DNA of 64,000 bases from Eledone cirrhosa. Its lineage: Eukaryota. A program made the position numbers and the translations under genes. The notes beneath the pieces are model-generated. The model had not been told where the DNA came from. It was given only the letters and a program-made list of their open reading frames with translations, and did not search any database. Positions 14,201 through 27,991 of the stretch are shown piece after piece; the stretch's first letter is position 1, and the number at the start of each line of letters is the position of its first letter. The stretch is from contig OZ024756.1 of NCBI GenBank assembly GCA_964016885.1, forward strand, positions 4,774,001 through 4,838,000. The letters run 5' to 3'.

Positions 14201-15311
14201 AAGGCTACGGCACCTCTACGTATTCCTCACCGGACAACCGGTGTGGGCCTCGTTTGTGAGACGAACCTTTCCCAGACTCGTCTCACTCACCGAGCTGCAA
14301 TCCTGGGTCAAGCAAAGACCGAGAAAACTGGGCGCCTGGCACACCGAGTGTGCCCAGGCGCTCCCCGCCCTCTGGCAGGCGGATCCGGTTATCAGTGGAG
14401 ACTCCACCGCAATATTCTATAGAGGGCTGGTACGCAGCAGGTGCGACGACGCCCTCGGAGAAGCCCTAGACATGGAGGAGGACGAACTGGCCAGCCTGTT
14501 CGGTAGGACATTCAGCCCGGGACCTATGGACAACTTCCAGAAGTCCCTGGCCTGGCAGTGCTACCGAGGGGCTTTACCCGTTCGAGAATGGCTCTACAGA
14601 CACGGGCGCCCGGGTAGGGACCCCGCCAAAAAGATCTGTCCCAGATGCGTGTGCGACGAGGAAACCGTTGCACACGCATTGGTACACTGCTCGGGCGCAG
14701 CCGATCTGTGGGGCTATGTCGAACAACTGCTGTCAAGGGTGGGACCGATCCGGTTGACCACCGAGTCTATTGTAATGATCAAGCCGCCTCCCCCCTTCAA
14801 AGATGAAGCAGAGGCGGTGTTTCTGTGCGTAATAGCCATGGCGAAAGAGGTTGTATGGTGGACGCGTCTGAAAGGACTGAGGTCAGGCACCTTTCTCTCT
14901 GGCCAACAACTGGTCCGTTTCTTCCGATATCATTTCGGAAGAAGGATCAGGATGGAGAGAGAGGTGCTGCACCCCAGCCGTTTCTATGAAAGATGGGTGA
15001 AAGCGGCGAGAATGGCCCGTGTGAATGGGCCTTCACTCTAGATCAGACTATAGGTGAGGAAGATGAAAGACCAAGGGAGCACCCCTTCTCTGTGCTCCTG
15101 AGGAGAAGGGTTGCACAATTTTTTCGGGGGTGTGTGCGACCCCCCAAGGCGCCTCCTCTCTATTGAGGATTTTGTTAAAAATTTTATTTTTTGTTATATC
15201 TTATTTTATTTTTATATTTTGTTATTGCCTCCTCCTTATTGAGGACGCCTTGTTTTGTAAACTCCCCCCTTTGTACTTGTCCCACTTTTGATGCCCTAGT
15301 GGCAAATAAAA
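14201..15311 (+). mobile_element. Tx1-like non-LTR retrotransposon copy 1 (5'-truncated, ~1.1 kb)
   Basis: ORF2 C-terminus with CCHC motif and a premature TAG at 15039-15041, then 3' UTR ending GGCAAATAAAA fused directly to copy 2. Confidence 0.95.
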
Positions 15312-18300
15312 ATGGGCGTGGCCTGGGCTCAACTTGGAAGCAAGCAATGCTTCTAAATGACCTCAGGTCACAACGTATAGATGTGATGGTTATTTGCGAG
15401 GCCCGGATCAGCAACGTGCGACAGCTGGCCCCCACCTTTGATGACTTTGAGATGCACGCATCTCTCTGTCAGCCCGGAGGTGGGAGTGGAGTTGTCGTTC
15501 TGCTGCAAAAACATCTGGGTCTCGCAACACAGATGGTACATTTGGACCCGGAGGGTCGACTAGTGGTTCTGGACCTTGGCAGTGGTAAAGGCGGAGCGTT
15601 TAGGTTGGTAGCCGCCTACGGCCCTTTCGGGTCAATGCGGCCGGACTTCTTCCATCGTCTGGAGACTTTTCTAGGGACGTCCCGCTCCTTGCTATTAGTG
15701 GGGGACTGGAATGGTATCCTAGATGCACGCTGGGACTACGTAGGGGCCTGCCCCGATAGAGAGGGGGGTAATAGCCTCAAAGGGTTAATCAGTCGATTTG
15801 ACCTGGCCGATAGATATCGACTAGATTTTCCGACTGCGCCAACCTGGACTTGGGCAAATCGTAGCGGATCATCTAGGTCGTACCTAGATAGGTTCTTAGT
15901 TAGAATTAAGGATAAGGACTTTTTAAGTTGTCCAAAAATGCGCATTGTTGGCTATTCAGACCACAAATTAGTGACCTGCATGGTCAACCTTGACAGAACT
16001 CATAGACAGGGCCCCGGTTACTGGAAGCTCAACTTGTCCTTGCCGGCAAGTAGAGCCTACAGGAATCGGATTAGTACGTTAGTTAAGGAACGGTTGACTG
16101 GAGCGATCGTCAACAGCAGGTGGTGGGTATCTCTAAAGAGAGAGATTAGAGTAGTCTCGATAGAATTTAGTAAGGTTCTAGCTGCGGATAGGAATAGGAA
16201 GGAAAGGGAGCTAATAGATAGAGTAGAAGAGGCAATTAGAAGCGGCGACGTGGCCAGAGTGCTAGCGTCGAGAACGGCTTTGAGCCAGTTTTTCGACGCG
16301 AAGCACGAAGGCTGCGTTGTCCGAAGTAAAATACGTGCTCTAGGGAACGAGGGGACCAAAGCTGTTAGCTGGGCCCGCGTGACAGAGGCCAACAGTGGAA
16401 CTAAATCCACCATCCGGTCTTTGCGAGACCTGGATGGACGGGCGATTCTTGAGCCTAAGCAGATGTGTGAGGCCTTTCAAAGGCACTTTGCCCGACTGTT
16501 CGGGAGGGGCGGGGAGCCGGTTGGGAACGTGGACTTCGGACCATACCTCGACGGCCTGCCGCGCCTCTCGGACAGGGAGGCGAAGTCCTGCGAGGAGCCG
16601 ATTTCGGCCGCTGAGATAGAGGACGTGCTGAGCCAATGCGGCAAACGCAAATCCCCGGGTCTCGATGGTCTTCCTTACGAATTATATCTAGCTATGCCGG
16701 ACTTGTTCCCCGATCTCCTCGAGGCGGTCTACTGCAACTGGCAACAGAACGGGAGAATTCCCTGTACTGTGACCAAGGGCGTAGTCACGCTAGTGAGGAA
16801 GGACGAGAACAAGGGGGACGAAATAAGTAACTTCAGGCCCATAACACTGCTAAATACAGAGTTACAGATTTTGGCCAAGGTGCTAGCAAAGAGGTTGGCG
16901 CTTGTCGTGGGCAACCTGGTGGGAGATGCGCAGACATGCGCTATCCCGTCCAGGTCCATCCATGACAACCTCCACCTCATGCGATACATCATAGAGAGGG
17001 TTGGGAACGAACCCGGCTTTGGTGGGGCTCTGATCAACTTGGATCAATCTAAGGCGTTCGATAGGGTCGACCATGGTTACCTGGATGCGGTGCTAGCGGC
17101 GGCAGGCTTCGGACCCGTTTTCAGGGGCTGGATCACTGCTATGCACAGCAGCCGCATCTGCTCTAGGGTCAAGGTGAACGGCTACCTCTCGGAGCCGTTC
17201 AAAATCGCGCGGTCCATCCGACAAGGGTGCCTTCTCTCCTCCCTTCTGTATGTGTTGACTCTCGAGCCACTACTGCGGAAGTTGGAGTTGTTGCAGGGCA
17301 TCCCTTTGGAACCGGGATTGCGGAAAGCGGTGTCGGCCTACGCCGATGACGTGACAGTAATGGTGTCGACGGCCTCCGAAATCGAGGCGGTCGGCACCTT
17401 ACTGGAGGAGTACGAAAAGTTCACAGGGGCTAAGCTGAACCGGGACAAGTCGATCGGTTTGCAACTCGGCACGTGGAGGGGCAGACCGATGCCCTCCGAT
17501 AGCGTCGTCGGACGCTGGACGGAGGGCCCGGTGAAGTTGCTCGGGGTCTGGTTCGGACCGGACCTCCAGGTGGAGAAAAACTGGGCGGAGGTTACGAACA
17601 GGGTGTTTGCACTGACCCAGAAGTGGGCCAGTTGCAAACTATCCCTGAAAGGTCGGGCGGAGGTGGCGAACACCTACATAGCGTCCGTCATCTACTACCG
17701 CCTGACCGTAGTGCCCTGCCCAAGGGAAACCCTCACCAAGATGGAGCGCGCGCTCTTCCAATTCCTTTGGAAGAGGCGGGCTCCTATGGTGAGGAGATCC
17801 ATCTGCTGTCAACACCCTTCGAAAGGAGGGCTGGGGATGCCGTGGCTAATGATGCGTAAACACGCATTAAGGCTACGGCACCTCTACGTATTCCTCACCG
17901 GACAACCGGTGTGGGCCTCGTTTGTGAGACGAACCTTTCCCAGACTCGTCTCACTCACCGAGCTGCAATCCTGGGTCAAGCAAAGACCGAGAAAACTGGG
18001 CGCCTGGCACACTGAGTGTGCCCAGGCGCTCACCGCCCTCTGGCAGGCGGATACGGTTATCAGTGGAGACTCCACCGCAACATTCTATAGAGGGCTGGTA
18101 CGCAGCAGGTGCCACGACGCCCTCGGAGAAGCCCTAGACATGGAGGAGGACGAACTGGCCAGCCTGTTCGGTAGGACATTCAGCCCGGGACCTATGGGCA
18201 ACTTCCAGAAGTCCCTGGCCTGGCAGTGCTACCGAGGGGATTTACCCGTTCGAGAAAGGCTCTACAGACACGGGCGCCCGGGTAGGGACCCCGCCAAAAA

Positions 18301-18721
18301 GATCTGTCCCAGATGCGTGTGCGACGAGGAGACCGTTGCACACGCATTAGTACACTGCTCGGGCGTAGCCGATCTGTGGGGCTATGTCGAACAACTGCTG
18401 TCAAGGGTGGGACCGATCCGGTTGACCACCGAGTCTATTGTAATGATCAAGCCGCCTCCCCCCTTCAAAGATGAAGCAGAGGCGGTGTTTCTGTGCGTAA
18501 TAGCCATGGCGAAAGAGGTTGTATGGTGGACGCGTCTGAAAGGACTGAGGTCGGGCACCTTTCTCTCTGGCCAACAACTGGTCCGTTTCTTCCGATATCA
18601 TTTCGGAAGAAGGATCAGGATGGAGAGAGAGGTGCTGCACCCCAGCCGTTTCTATGAAAGATGGGTGAAAGTGGCGAGAATGGCCCGTGTGAATGGGCCT
18701 TCACTCTACATCAGACTATAG
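15311..18721 (+). pseudogene. ORF2 (APE-RT-CCHC) lacking its native start, with QGCPLS changed to QGCLLS
   Basis: The track ORF 15191..18721 is chimeric: its first ~40 codons are copy-1 3' UTR; the remainder is ORF2 missing ~9 N-terminal residues. Confidence 0.85.
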
Positions 18722-18982
18722 GTGAGGAAGATGAAAGACCAAGGGAGCACCCCTTCTCTGTGCTCCTGAGGAGAAGGGTTGCACACTTTTTTCGGGGGTG
18801 TGTGCGACCCCCCAAGGCGCCTCCTCTCTATTGAGGATTTTGTTAAAAATCTTATTTTTTGTTATATCTTATTTTATTTTTATATTTTGTTATTGCCTCC
18901 TCCTTATTGAGGACGCCTTTTTGTGTAAACTCCCCCTTTGTACTTGTCCCACTTTTGATGCCCTAGTGGCAAATAAAAGAAA
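15311..18982 (+). mobile_element. Tx1-like non-LTR retrotransposon copy 2 (truncated just inside the ORF2 N-terminus)
   Basis: Begins at the (N)ARGLG endonuclease motif; open to TAG at 18721; 3' UTR ends AAATAAAAGAAA+CC then satellite TATCTTT. Confidence 0.96.
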
Positions 18983-18984
18983 CC

Positions 18985-21900
18985 TATCTTTATATAGTGT
19001 GTGGTACTGTGTTAAATATCTTTATATAGTGTGTGGTACTGTGGTAAATATATTTATATAGTGTGTGGTACTGTGTTAAATATCTTTATATAGTGTGTGG
19101 TACTGTGGTAAATATCTTTATATAGAGTGTGGTACTGAGTTAAATATCTTTATATAGTGTGTGGTACTGTGGTAAATATCTTTATATAGAGTGTGGTACT
19201 GAGTTAAATATCTTTATATAGTGTGTGGTACTTAGTAAAATATCTTTATATAGTGTGTGGTACTGAGTTAAATATCTTTATATAGTGTGTGGTACTGTGG
19301 TAAATATCTTTATATAGTGTGTGGTACTGTGGTAAATATCTTTATATAGTGTGTGGTACTGAGTTAAATATCTTTATATAGTGTGTGGTACTCAGTAAAA
19401 TATCTTTATATAGTGTGTGGTACTGAGTTAAATATCTTTATATAGTGTGTGGTACTGAGTTAAATATCTTTATATAGTGTGTGGTACTGTGGTAAATATC
19501 TTTATATAGTGTGTAGTATTGTGGTAAATATCTTTATTTAGTGTGTGGTACTGTGGTAAATATCTTTATATAGTGTGAGGTACTGTGTTAAATATCTTTA
19601 TATAGTGTGTGGTACTGTGTTAAATATCTTTATATAGTGTGTGGTACTGTGTTAAATATCTTTATATAGTGTGTGGCACTGTGTTAAATATCTTTATATA
19701 GTGTGTGGTACTGTGGCAAATATCTTTATATAGTGTGTGGTACTGTGGTAATTATCTTTATATAGTGTGTGGTACTGTGTTAAATATCTTTATATAGTGT
19801 GTGGTACTGTGTTAAATATCTTTATATAGTGTGTGGTACTGAGTTAAATATCTTTATATAGTGTGTGGTACTGTGTTAAATATCTTTATATAGTGTGTGG
19901 TACTGTGTTAAATATCTTTATATAGTGTGTGGTACTGTGTTAAATATATTTATATAGTGTGTGGTACTGTGGTAAATATCTTTATATAGTGTGTGGTACT
20001 GTGTTAAATATCTTTATATAGTGTGTGGTACTGAGTTAAATATCTTTATATAGTGTGTGGTACTGTGGTAAATATCTTTATGTAGTGTGTGGTACTGAGT
20101 TAAATATCTTTATATAGTGTGTGGTACTGTGGTAAATATCTTTATATAGTGTGTGGTACTGAGTTAAATATCTTTATATAGTGTGTGGTACTCAGTAAAA
20201 TATCTTTATATAGTGTGTGGTACTGAGTTAAATATCTTTATATAGTGTGTGGTACTGTGGTAAATATCTTTATATAGTGTGTGGTACTGTGGTAAATATC
20301 TTTATATAGTGTGTGGTACTGAGTTAAATATCTTTATAAAGTGTGTGGTACTGTGTTAAATATCTTTATATAGTGTGTGGTACTGTGGTAAATATCTTTA
20401 TAAAGTGTGTGGTACTGTGGTAAATATCTTTATATAGTGTGTGGTACTGTGGTAAATATCTTTATATAGTGTGTGGTACTGAGTTAAATATCTTTATATA
20501 GTGTGTGGTACTGAGTTAAATATCTTTATATAGTGTGTGGTACTGTGGTAAATATCTTTATATAGTGTGTGGTACTGAGTTAAATATCTTTATATAGTGT
20601 GTGGTACTTAGTAAAATATCTTTATATAGTGTGTGTTACTGAGTTAAATATCTTTATATAGTGAGTGGTACTGTGGTAAATATCTTTATATAGTTTGTGG
20701 TACTGTGTTAAATATCTTTATATAGTGTGTGGTACCGAGTTAAATATCTTTATATAGTGTGTGGTACTGTGGTAATTATCTTTATATAGTGTGTGGTACT
20801 CAGTTAAGTATCTTTATATAGTGTGTGGTACTGTGGTAAATATCTTTATATAGTGTGTGGTACTGTGTTAAATATCTTTATATAGTGTGTGGTACTGTGG
20901 TAAATATCTTTATATAGTGTGTGGTACTGTGGTAAATATCTTTATATAGTGTGTGGTACTGTGTTAAATATCTTTATATAGTGTGTGGTACTGTGTTAAA
21001 TATCTTTATATAGTGTGTGGTACTGTGGTAAACATTTTTATATAGTGTGTGGTACTGAGTTACATATCTTTATATAGTGTGTGGTACTTAGTAAAATATC
21101 TTTATATAGTGTGTGGTACTGAGTTAAATATCTTTATATAGTGTGTGGTACTGAGTTAAATATCTTTATATAGTGTGTGGTACTGTGTTAAATATCTTTA
21201 TATAGTGTGTGGTACTGTGGTAAATATCTTTATATAGTGTGTGGTACTGTGGTAAATATCTTTATATAGTGTGTGGTACTGTGGTAAATATCTTTGTAGA
21301 GTGTGTGGTACTGTGTTAAATATCTTTATATAGTGTGTGGTACTGAGTTAAATATCTTTACATAGTGTGTGGTACTGTGTTAAGTATCTTTATATAGTGT
21401 GTGGTACTGAATTAAATATCTTTATATAGTGTGTGGTACTGAGTTAAATATCTTTATATAGTGTGTGGTACTGTCGTAAATATCTTTATATAGTGTGTGG
21501 TACTGTGTTAAATATCTTTATATAGTGTGTGGTACTGAGTTAAATATCTTTATATAGTGTGTGGTACTGTGTTAACATCTTTATATAGTGTGTGGTACTG
21601 AGTCAAATATCTTTATATAGTGTGTGGTACTGTGTTAAATATCTTTATATAGTGTGTGGTACTGAGTTAGATATCTTTATATAGTGTGTGGTACTGTGTT
21701 AAATATCTTTATATAGTGTGTGGTACTGTGTTAATATCTTTATATAGTGTGTGGTACTGTGTTAAATATCTTTATATAGTGTGTGGTACTGAGTTAAATA
21801 TCTTTATATAGTGTGTGGTACTGTGTTAATATCTTTATATAGTGTGTGGTACTGTGTTAAATATCTTTATATAGTGTGTGGTACTGAGTTAAATATCTTT

Positions 21901-22710
21901 ATATAGTGTGTGGTATTGTGTTAATATCTTTATATAGTGTGTGGTACTGTGTTAAATATCTTTATATAGTGTGTGGTACTGTGTTAAATATCTTTATATA
22001 GTGTGTGGAACTGTGTTAAATATCTTTATATAGTGTGTGGTACTGTGGTAAATATCTTTATATAGTGTGTGGTACTGTGTTAAATATCTTTATATAGTGT
22101 GTGGTACTGTGTTAAATATCTTTATATAGTGTGTGGTACTGTGGTAAATATCTTTATACAGTGTGTGGTACTGTGGTAAATATATGTATATAGTGTGTGG
22201 TACTGTGGTAAATATCTTTATATAGTGTGTGGTACTGTGGTAAATATCTTTATATAGTGTGTGGTACTGTGGTAAATATCTTTATATAGTGTGTGGTACT
22301 GTGGTAAATATCTTTATATAGTGTGTGGTACTCAGTTAAGTATCTTTATATAGTGTGTGGTATTGTGGTAAATATCTTTATATAGTGTGTGGTACTGTGG
22401 TAAATATCTATATATAGTGTGTGGTACTGAGTTAAATATCTTTATATAGTGTGTGGTACTGTGGTAAATATCTTTATATAGTGTGTGGTACTGAGTTAAA
22501 CATCTTTATATAGTGTGTGGTACTCAGTAAAATATCTTTATATAGTGTGTGGTACTGAGTTAAATATCTTTATATAGTGTGTGGTACTGTGGTAAATATC
22601 TTTATATAGTGTGTGGTACTGTGTTAAATATCTTTATATAGTGTGTGGTACTGAGTTAAATATCTTTATATGGTGTGTGGTACTGTGGTAATTATCTTTA
22701 TATAGTGTGT
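18985..22710 (+). repeat. 32-bp satellite array, block 2
   Basis: Same unit and orientation as block 1. Confidence 0.99.
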
Positions 22711-24495
22711 TCAAAATCGCGCGGTCCATCCGACAAGGGTGCCCTCTCTCCTCCCTTCTGTATGTGTTGACTCTCGAGCCACTACTGCGGAAGTTGGAGT
22801 TGTTGCAGGGCATCCCTTTGGAACCGGGATTGCGGAAAGCGGTGTCGGCCTACGCCGATGACGTGACAGTAATGGTGTCGACGGCCTCCGAAATCGAGGC
22901 GGTCGGCACCTTACTGGAGGAGTACGAAAAGTTCACAGGGGCTAAGCTGAACCGGGACAAGTCGATCGGTTTGCAACTCGGCACGTGGAGGGGCAGACCG
23001 ATGCCCTCCGATAGCGTCGTCGGACGCTGGACGGAGGGCCCGGTGAAGTTGCTCGGGGTCTGGTTCGGACCGGACCTCCAGGTGGAGAAAAACTGGGCGG
23101 GGGTTACGAACAGAGTGTTTGCACTGACCCAGAAGTGGGCCAGTTGCAAACTATCCCTGAAAGGTCGGGCGGAGGCGGCGAACACCTACATAGCGTCCGT
23201 CATCTACTACCGCCTGACCGTAGTGCCCTGCCCAAGGGAAACCCTCACCAAGATGGAGCGCGCGCTCTTCCAATTCCTTTGGAAGAGGCGGGCTCCTATG
23301 GTGAGGAGATCCATCTGCTGTCAACACCCTTCGAAAGGAGGGCTGGGGATGCCGTGGCTAATGATGCGTAAACACGCATTAAGGCTACGGCACCTCTACG
23401 TATTCCTCACCGGACAACCGGTGTGGGCCTCGTTTGTGAGACGAACCTTTCCCAGACTCGTCTCACTCACCGAGCTGCAATCCTGGGTCAAGCAAAGACC
23501 GAGAAAACTGGGCGCCTGGCACACTGAGTGTGCCCAGGCGCTCACCGCCCTCTGGCAGGCGGATCCGGTTATCAGTGGAGACTCCACCGCAACATTCTAT
23601 AGAGGGCTGGTACGCAGCAGGTGCGACGACGCCCTCGGAGAAGCCCTAAACATGGAGGAGGACGAACTGGCCAGCCTGTTCGGTAGGACATTCAGCCCGG
23701 GACCTATGGACAACTTCCAGAAGTCCCTGGCCTGGCAGTGCTACCGAGGGGCTTTACCCGTTCGAGAAAGGCTCTACAGAGACGGGCGCCCGGGTAGGGA
23801 CCCCGCCAAAAAGATCTGTCCCAGATGCGTGTGCGACGAGGAAACCGTTGCACACGCATTAGTACACTGCTCGGGCGTAGCCGATCTGTGGGGCTATGTC
23901 GAACAACTGCTGTCAAGGGTGGGACCGATCCGGTTGACCACCGAGTCTATTGTAATGATCAAGCCGCCTCCCCCCTTCAAAGATGAAGCAGAGGCGGTGT
24001 TTCTGTGCGTAATAGCCATGGCGAAAGAGGTTGTATGGTGGACGCGTCTGAAAGGACTGAGGTCGGGCACCTTTCTCTCTGGCCAACAACTGGTCCGTTT
24101 CTTCCGATATCATTTCGGAAGAAGGATCAGGATGGAGAGAGAGGTGCTGCACCCCAGCCGTTTCTATGAAAGATGGGTGAAAGTGGCGAGAATGGCCCGT
24201 GTGAATGGGCCTTCACTCTACATCAGACTATAGGTGAGGAAGATGAAAGACCAAGGGAGCACCCCTTCTCTGTGCTCCTGAGGAGAAGGGTTGCACACTT
24301 TTTTCGGGGGTGTGTGCGACCCCCCAAGGCGCCTCCTCTCTATTGAGGATTTTGTTAAAAATTTTATTTTTTGTTATATCTTATTTTATTTTTATATTTT
24401 GTTATTGCCTCCTCCTTATTGAGGACGCCTTTTTGTGTAAACTCCCCCCTTTGTACTTGTCCCACTTTTGATGCCCTAGTGGCAAATAAAAGAAA
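22711..24495 (+). mobile_element. Tx1-like non-LTR retrotransposon copy 3 (5'-truncated within RT, ~1.8 kb)
   Basis: Starts at FKIARSIRQGCPLS; open to 24233; flanked by a 16-18-bp target-site duplication TATCTTTATATAGTGT(GT). Confidence 0.96.
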
Positions 24496-24497
24496 TA

Positions 24498-27400
24498 TAT
24501 CTTTATATAGTGTGTGGTACTCAGTTAAGTATCTTTATATAGTGTGTGGTACTGTGGTAAATATCTTTATATAGTGTGTGGTACTGTGTTAAATATCTTT
24601 ATATAGTGTGTGGTACTGTGGTAAATATCTTTATATAGTGTGTGGTACTGTAGTAAATATCTTTATATAGTGTGTGGTACTGTGTTAAATATCTTTATAT
24701 AGTGTGTGGTACTGTGTTAAATATCTTTATATAGTGTGTGGTACTGAGTTAAATATCTTTATATAGTGTGTGGTACTGTGTTAAATATCTTTATATAGTG
24801 TGTGGTACTGTGTTAAATATCTTTATATAGTGTGTGGTACTGTGTTAAATATATTTATATAGTGTGTGGTACTGTGGTAAATATCTTTATATAGTGTGTG
24901 GTACTGTGTTAAATATCTTTATATAGTGTGTGGTACTGAGTTAAATATCTTTATATAGTGTGTGGTACTGTGGTAAATATCTTTATATAGTGTGTGGTAC
25001 TGAGTTAAATATCTTTATATAGTGTGTGGTACTGTGGTAAATATCTGTATATAGTGTGTGGTACTGAGTTAAATATCTTTATATAGTGTGTGGTACTCAG
25101 TAAAATATCTTTATATAGTGTGTGGTACTGAGTTAAATATCTTTATATAGTGTGTGGTACTGTGGTAAATATCTTTATATTGTGTGTGGTACTGTGGTAA
25201 ATATCTTTATATAGTGTGTGGTACTGTGGTAAATATCTTTATATAGTGTGTGGTACTGAGTTAAATATCTTTATATAGTGTGTGGTACTGTGTTAAATAT
25301 CTTTATATAGTGTGTGGTACTGTGGTAAATATCTTTATAAAGTGTGTGGTACTGTGGTAAATATCTTTATATAGTGTGTGGTACTGAGTTAAATACTTTA
25401 TATAGTGTGTGGTACTGAGTTAAATATCTTTATATAGTGTGTGGTACTGAGTTAAATATCTTTATATAGTGTGTGGTACTGTGGTAAATATCTTTATATA
25501 GTGTGTGGTACTGAGTTAAATATCTGTATATAGTGTGTGGTACTTAGTAAAATATCTTTATATAGTGTGTTGTACTGAGTTAAATATCTTTATATAGTGT
25601 GTGGTACTGTGGTAAATATCTTTATATAGTGTGTGGTACTGTGTTAAATATCTTTATATAGTGTGTGGTACTGAGTTAAATATCTTTATATAGTGTGTGG
25701 TACTGTGGTAATTATCTTTATGTAGTGTGTGGTACTCAGTTAAGTATCTTTATATAGTGTGTGGTACTGTGGTAAATATCTTTATATAGTGTGTGGTACT
25801 GTGTTAAATATCTTTATATAGTGTGTGGTACTGTGGTAAATATCTTTATATAGTGTGTGGTACTGTGGTAAATATCTTTATATAGTGTGTCGTACTGTAT
25901 TAAATATCTTTATATAGTGTGTGGTACTGTGTTAAATATCTTTATATAGTGTGTGGTACTGTGGTAAACATCTTTATATAGTGTGTGGTACTGTGGTAAA
26001 TATCTTTATACAGTGTGTGGTACTGTGGTAAATATATGTATATAGTGTGTGGTACTGTGGTAAATATTTTTATATAGTGTGTGGTACTGTGGTAAATATC
26101 TTTATATAGTGTGTGGTACTGTGGTAAATATCTTTATATAGTGTGTGGTACTGTGGTAAATATCTTTATATAGTGTGTGGTACTCAGTTAAGTATCTTTA
26201 TATAGTGTGTGGTACTGTGGTAAATATCTTTATATAGTGTGTGGTACTGTGGTAAATATCTTTATATAGTGTGTGGTACTGAGTTAAATATCTTTATATA
26301 GTGTGTGGTACTGTGGTAAATATCTTTATATAGTGTGTGGTACTGAGTTAAATATCTTTATATAGTGTGTGGTACTCAGTAAAATATCTTTATATAGTGT
26401 GTGGTACTGAGTTAAATATCTTTATATAGTGTGTGGTACTGTGGTAAATATCTTTATATAGTGTGTGGTACTGTGTTAAATATCTTTATATAGTGTGTGG
26501 TACTGAGTTAAATATCTTTATATAGTGTGTGGTACTGTGGTAATTATCTTTATATAGTGTGTGGTACTGTGTTAAATATCTTTATATAGTGTGTGGTACT
26601 GTGTTAAATATCTTTATATAGTGTGTGGTACTGTGTTAAATATATTTATATAGTGTGTGGTACTGTGGTAAATATCTTTATATAGTGTGTGGTACTGTGT
26701 TAAATATCTTTATATAGTGTGTGGTACTGAGTTAAATATCTTTATATAGTGTGTGGTACTGTGGTAAATATCTTTATATAGTGTGTGGTACTGAGTTAAA
26801 TATCTTTATATAGTGTGTGGTACTGTGTTAATATCTTTATATAGTGTGTGGTACTGAGTTAAATATCTTTATATAGTGTGTGGTACTGTGTTAAATATCT
26901 TTATATAGTGTGTGGTACTGAGTTAAATATCTTTATATAGTGTGTGGTACTGTGTTAAATATCTTTATATAGTGTGTGGTACTGTGTTAATATCTTTATA
27001 TAGTGTGTGGTACTGTGTTAAATATCTTTATATAGTGTGTGGTACTGAGTTAAATATCTTTATATAGTGTGTGGTACTGTGTTAATATCTTTATATAGTG
27101 TGTGGTACTGTGTTAAATATCTTTATATAGTGTGTGGTACTGTGTTAAATATCTTTATATAGTGTGTGGTACTGTGTTAAATATCTTTATATAGTGTGTG
27201 ATACTGTGGTAAATATCTTTATATAGTGTGTGGTACTGTGTTAAATATCTTTATATAGTGTGTGGTACTGTGTTAAATATCTTTATATAGTGTGTGGTAC
27301 TGTGGTAAATATCTTTATACAGTGTGTGGTACTGTGGTAAATATATGTATATAGTGTGTGGTACTGTGGTAAATATCTTTATATAGTGTGTGGTACTGTG

Positions 27401-27760
27401 GTAAATATCTTTATATAGTGTGTGGTACTGTGGTAAATATCTATATATAGTGTGTGGTACTGAGTTAAATATCTTTATATAGTGTGTGGTACTGTGGTAA
27501 ATATCTTTTTATAGTGTGTGGTATTGAGTTAAACATCTTTATATAGTGTGTGGTACTCAGTAAAATATCTTTATATAGTGTGTGGTACTGAGTTAAATAT
27601 CTTTATATAGTGTGTGGTACTGTGGTAAATATCTTTATATAGTGTGTGGTACTGTGGTAAATATCTTTATATAGTGTGTGGTACTGTGTTAAATATCTTT
27701 ATATAGTGTGTGGTACTGTGTTAAATATCTTTATATAGTGTGTGGTACTGAGTTAAATAT
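24498..27760 (+). repeat. 32-bp satellite array, block 3
   Basis: Same unit and orientation. Confidence 0.99.
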
Positions 27761-27967
27761 GTGGGTCCCCCCTGCGTCGGGCCCATTAACCGCGTCCTCC
27801 TAAAAAACTATCCCACCCCTCCCCCAAACACCCACACAACTGTAAGCTCCCCAACCACACAATACACTGATGCCCCCACACTTCCACAAACCACCACCCC
27901 ACCCAACAACCCATCCCCCACCCTAATGGAAATTGTGCAGCCCGATACCCGGGACGCAGAGAGGTAA
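27761..27967 (+). pseudogene. C-terminal Pro/Thr-rich fragment of putative ORF1
   Basis: Open frame ending in TAA directly upstream of, and in frame with, ORF2; conserved in copies 4, 6, 7 and 10. Confidence 0.6.
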
Positions 27968-27991
27968 GTGCCTTTTCTCTTCACCACCAAC

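Noticed and set aside
15191-15310. Hydrophobic signal-peptide-like N-terminus MLYLILFLYFVIASS on ORF2, and related 67-105-aa ORFs at each 3' UTR
   Set aside because: Translation of the T-rich 3' UTR from a TTG start; in frame with ORF2 only through the copy 1/2 fusion.
15736-18640. Recurrent antisense and alternate-frame ORFs (63-129 aa) within each element copy
   Set aside because: Shadow ORFs of a GC-rich coding sequence; they recur only because the copies are near-identical, and show no recognisable motifs.
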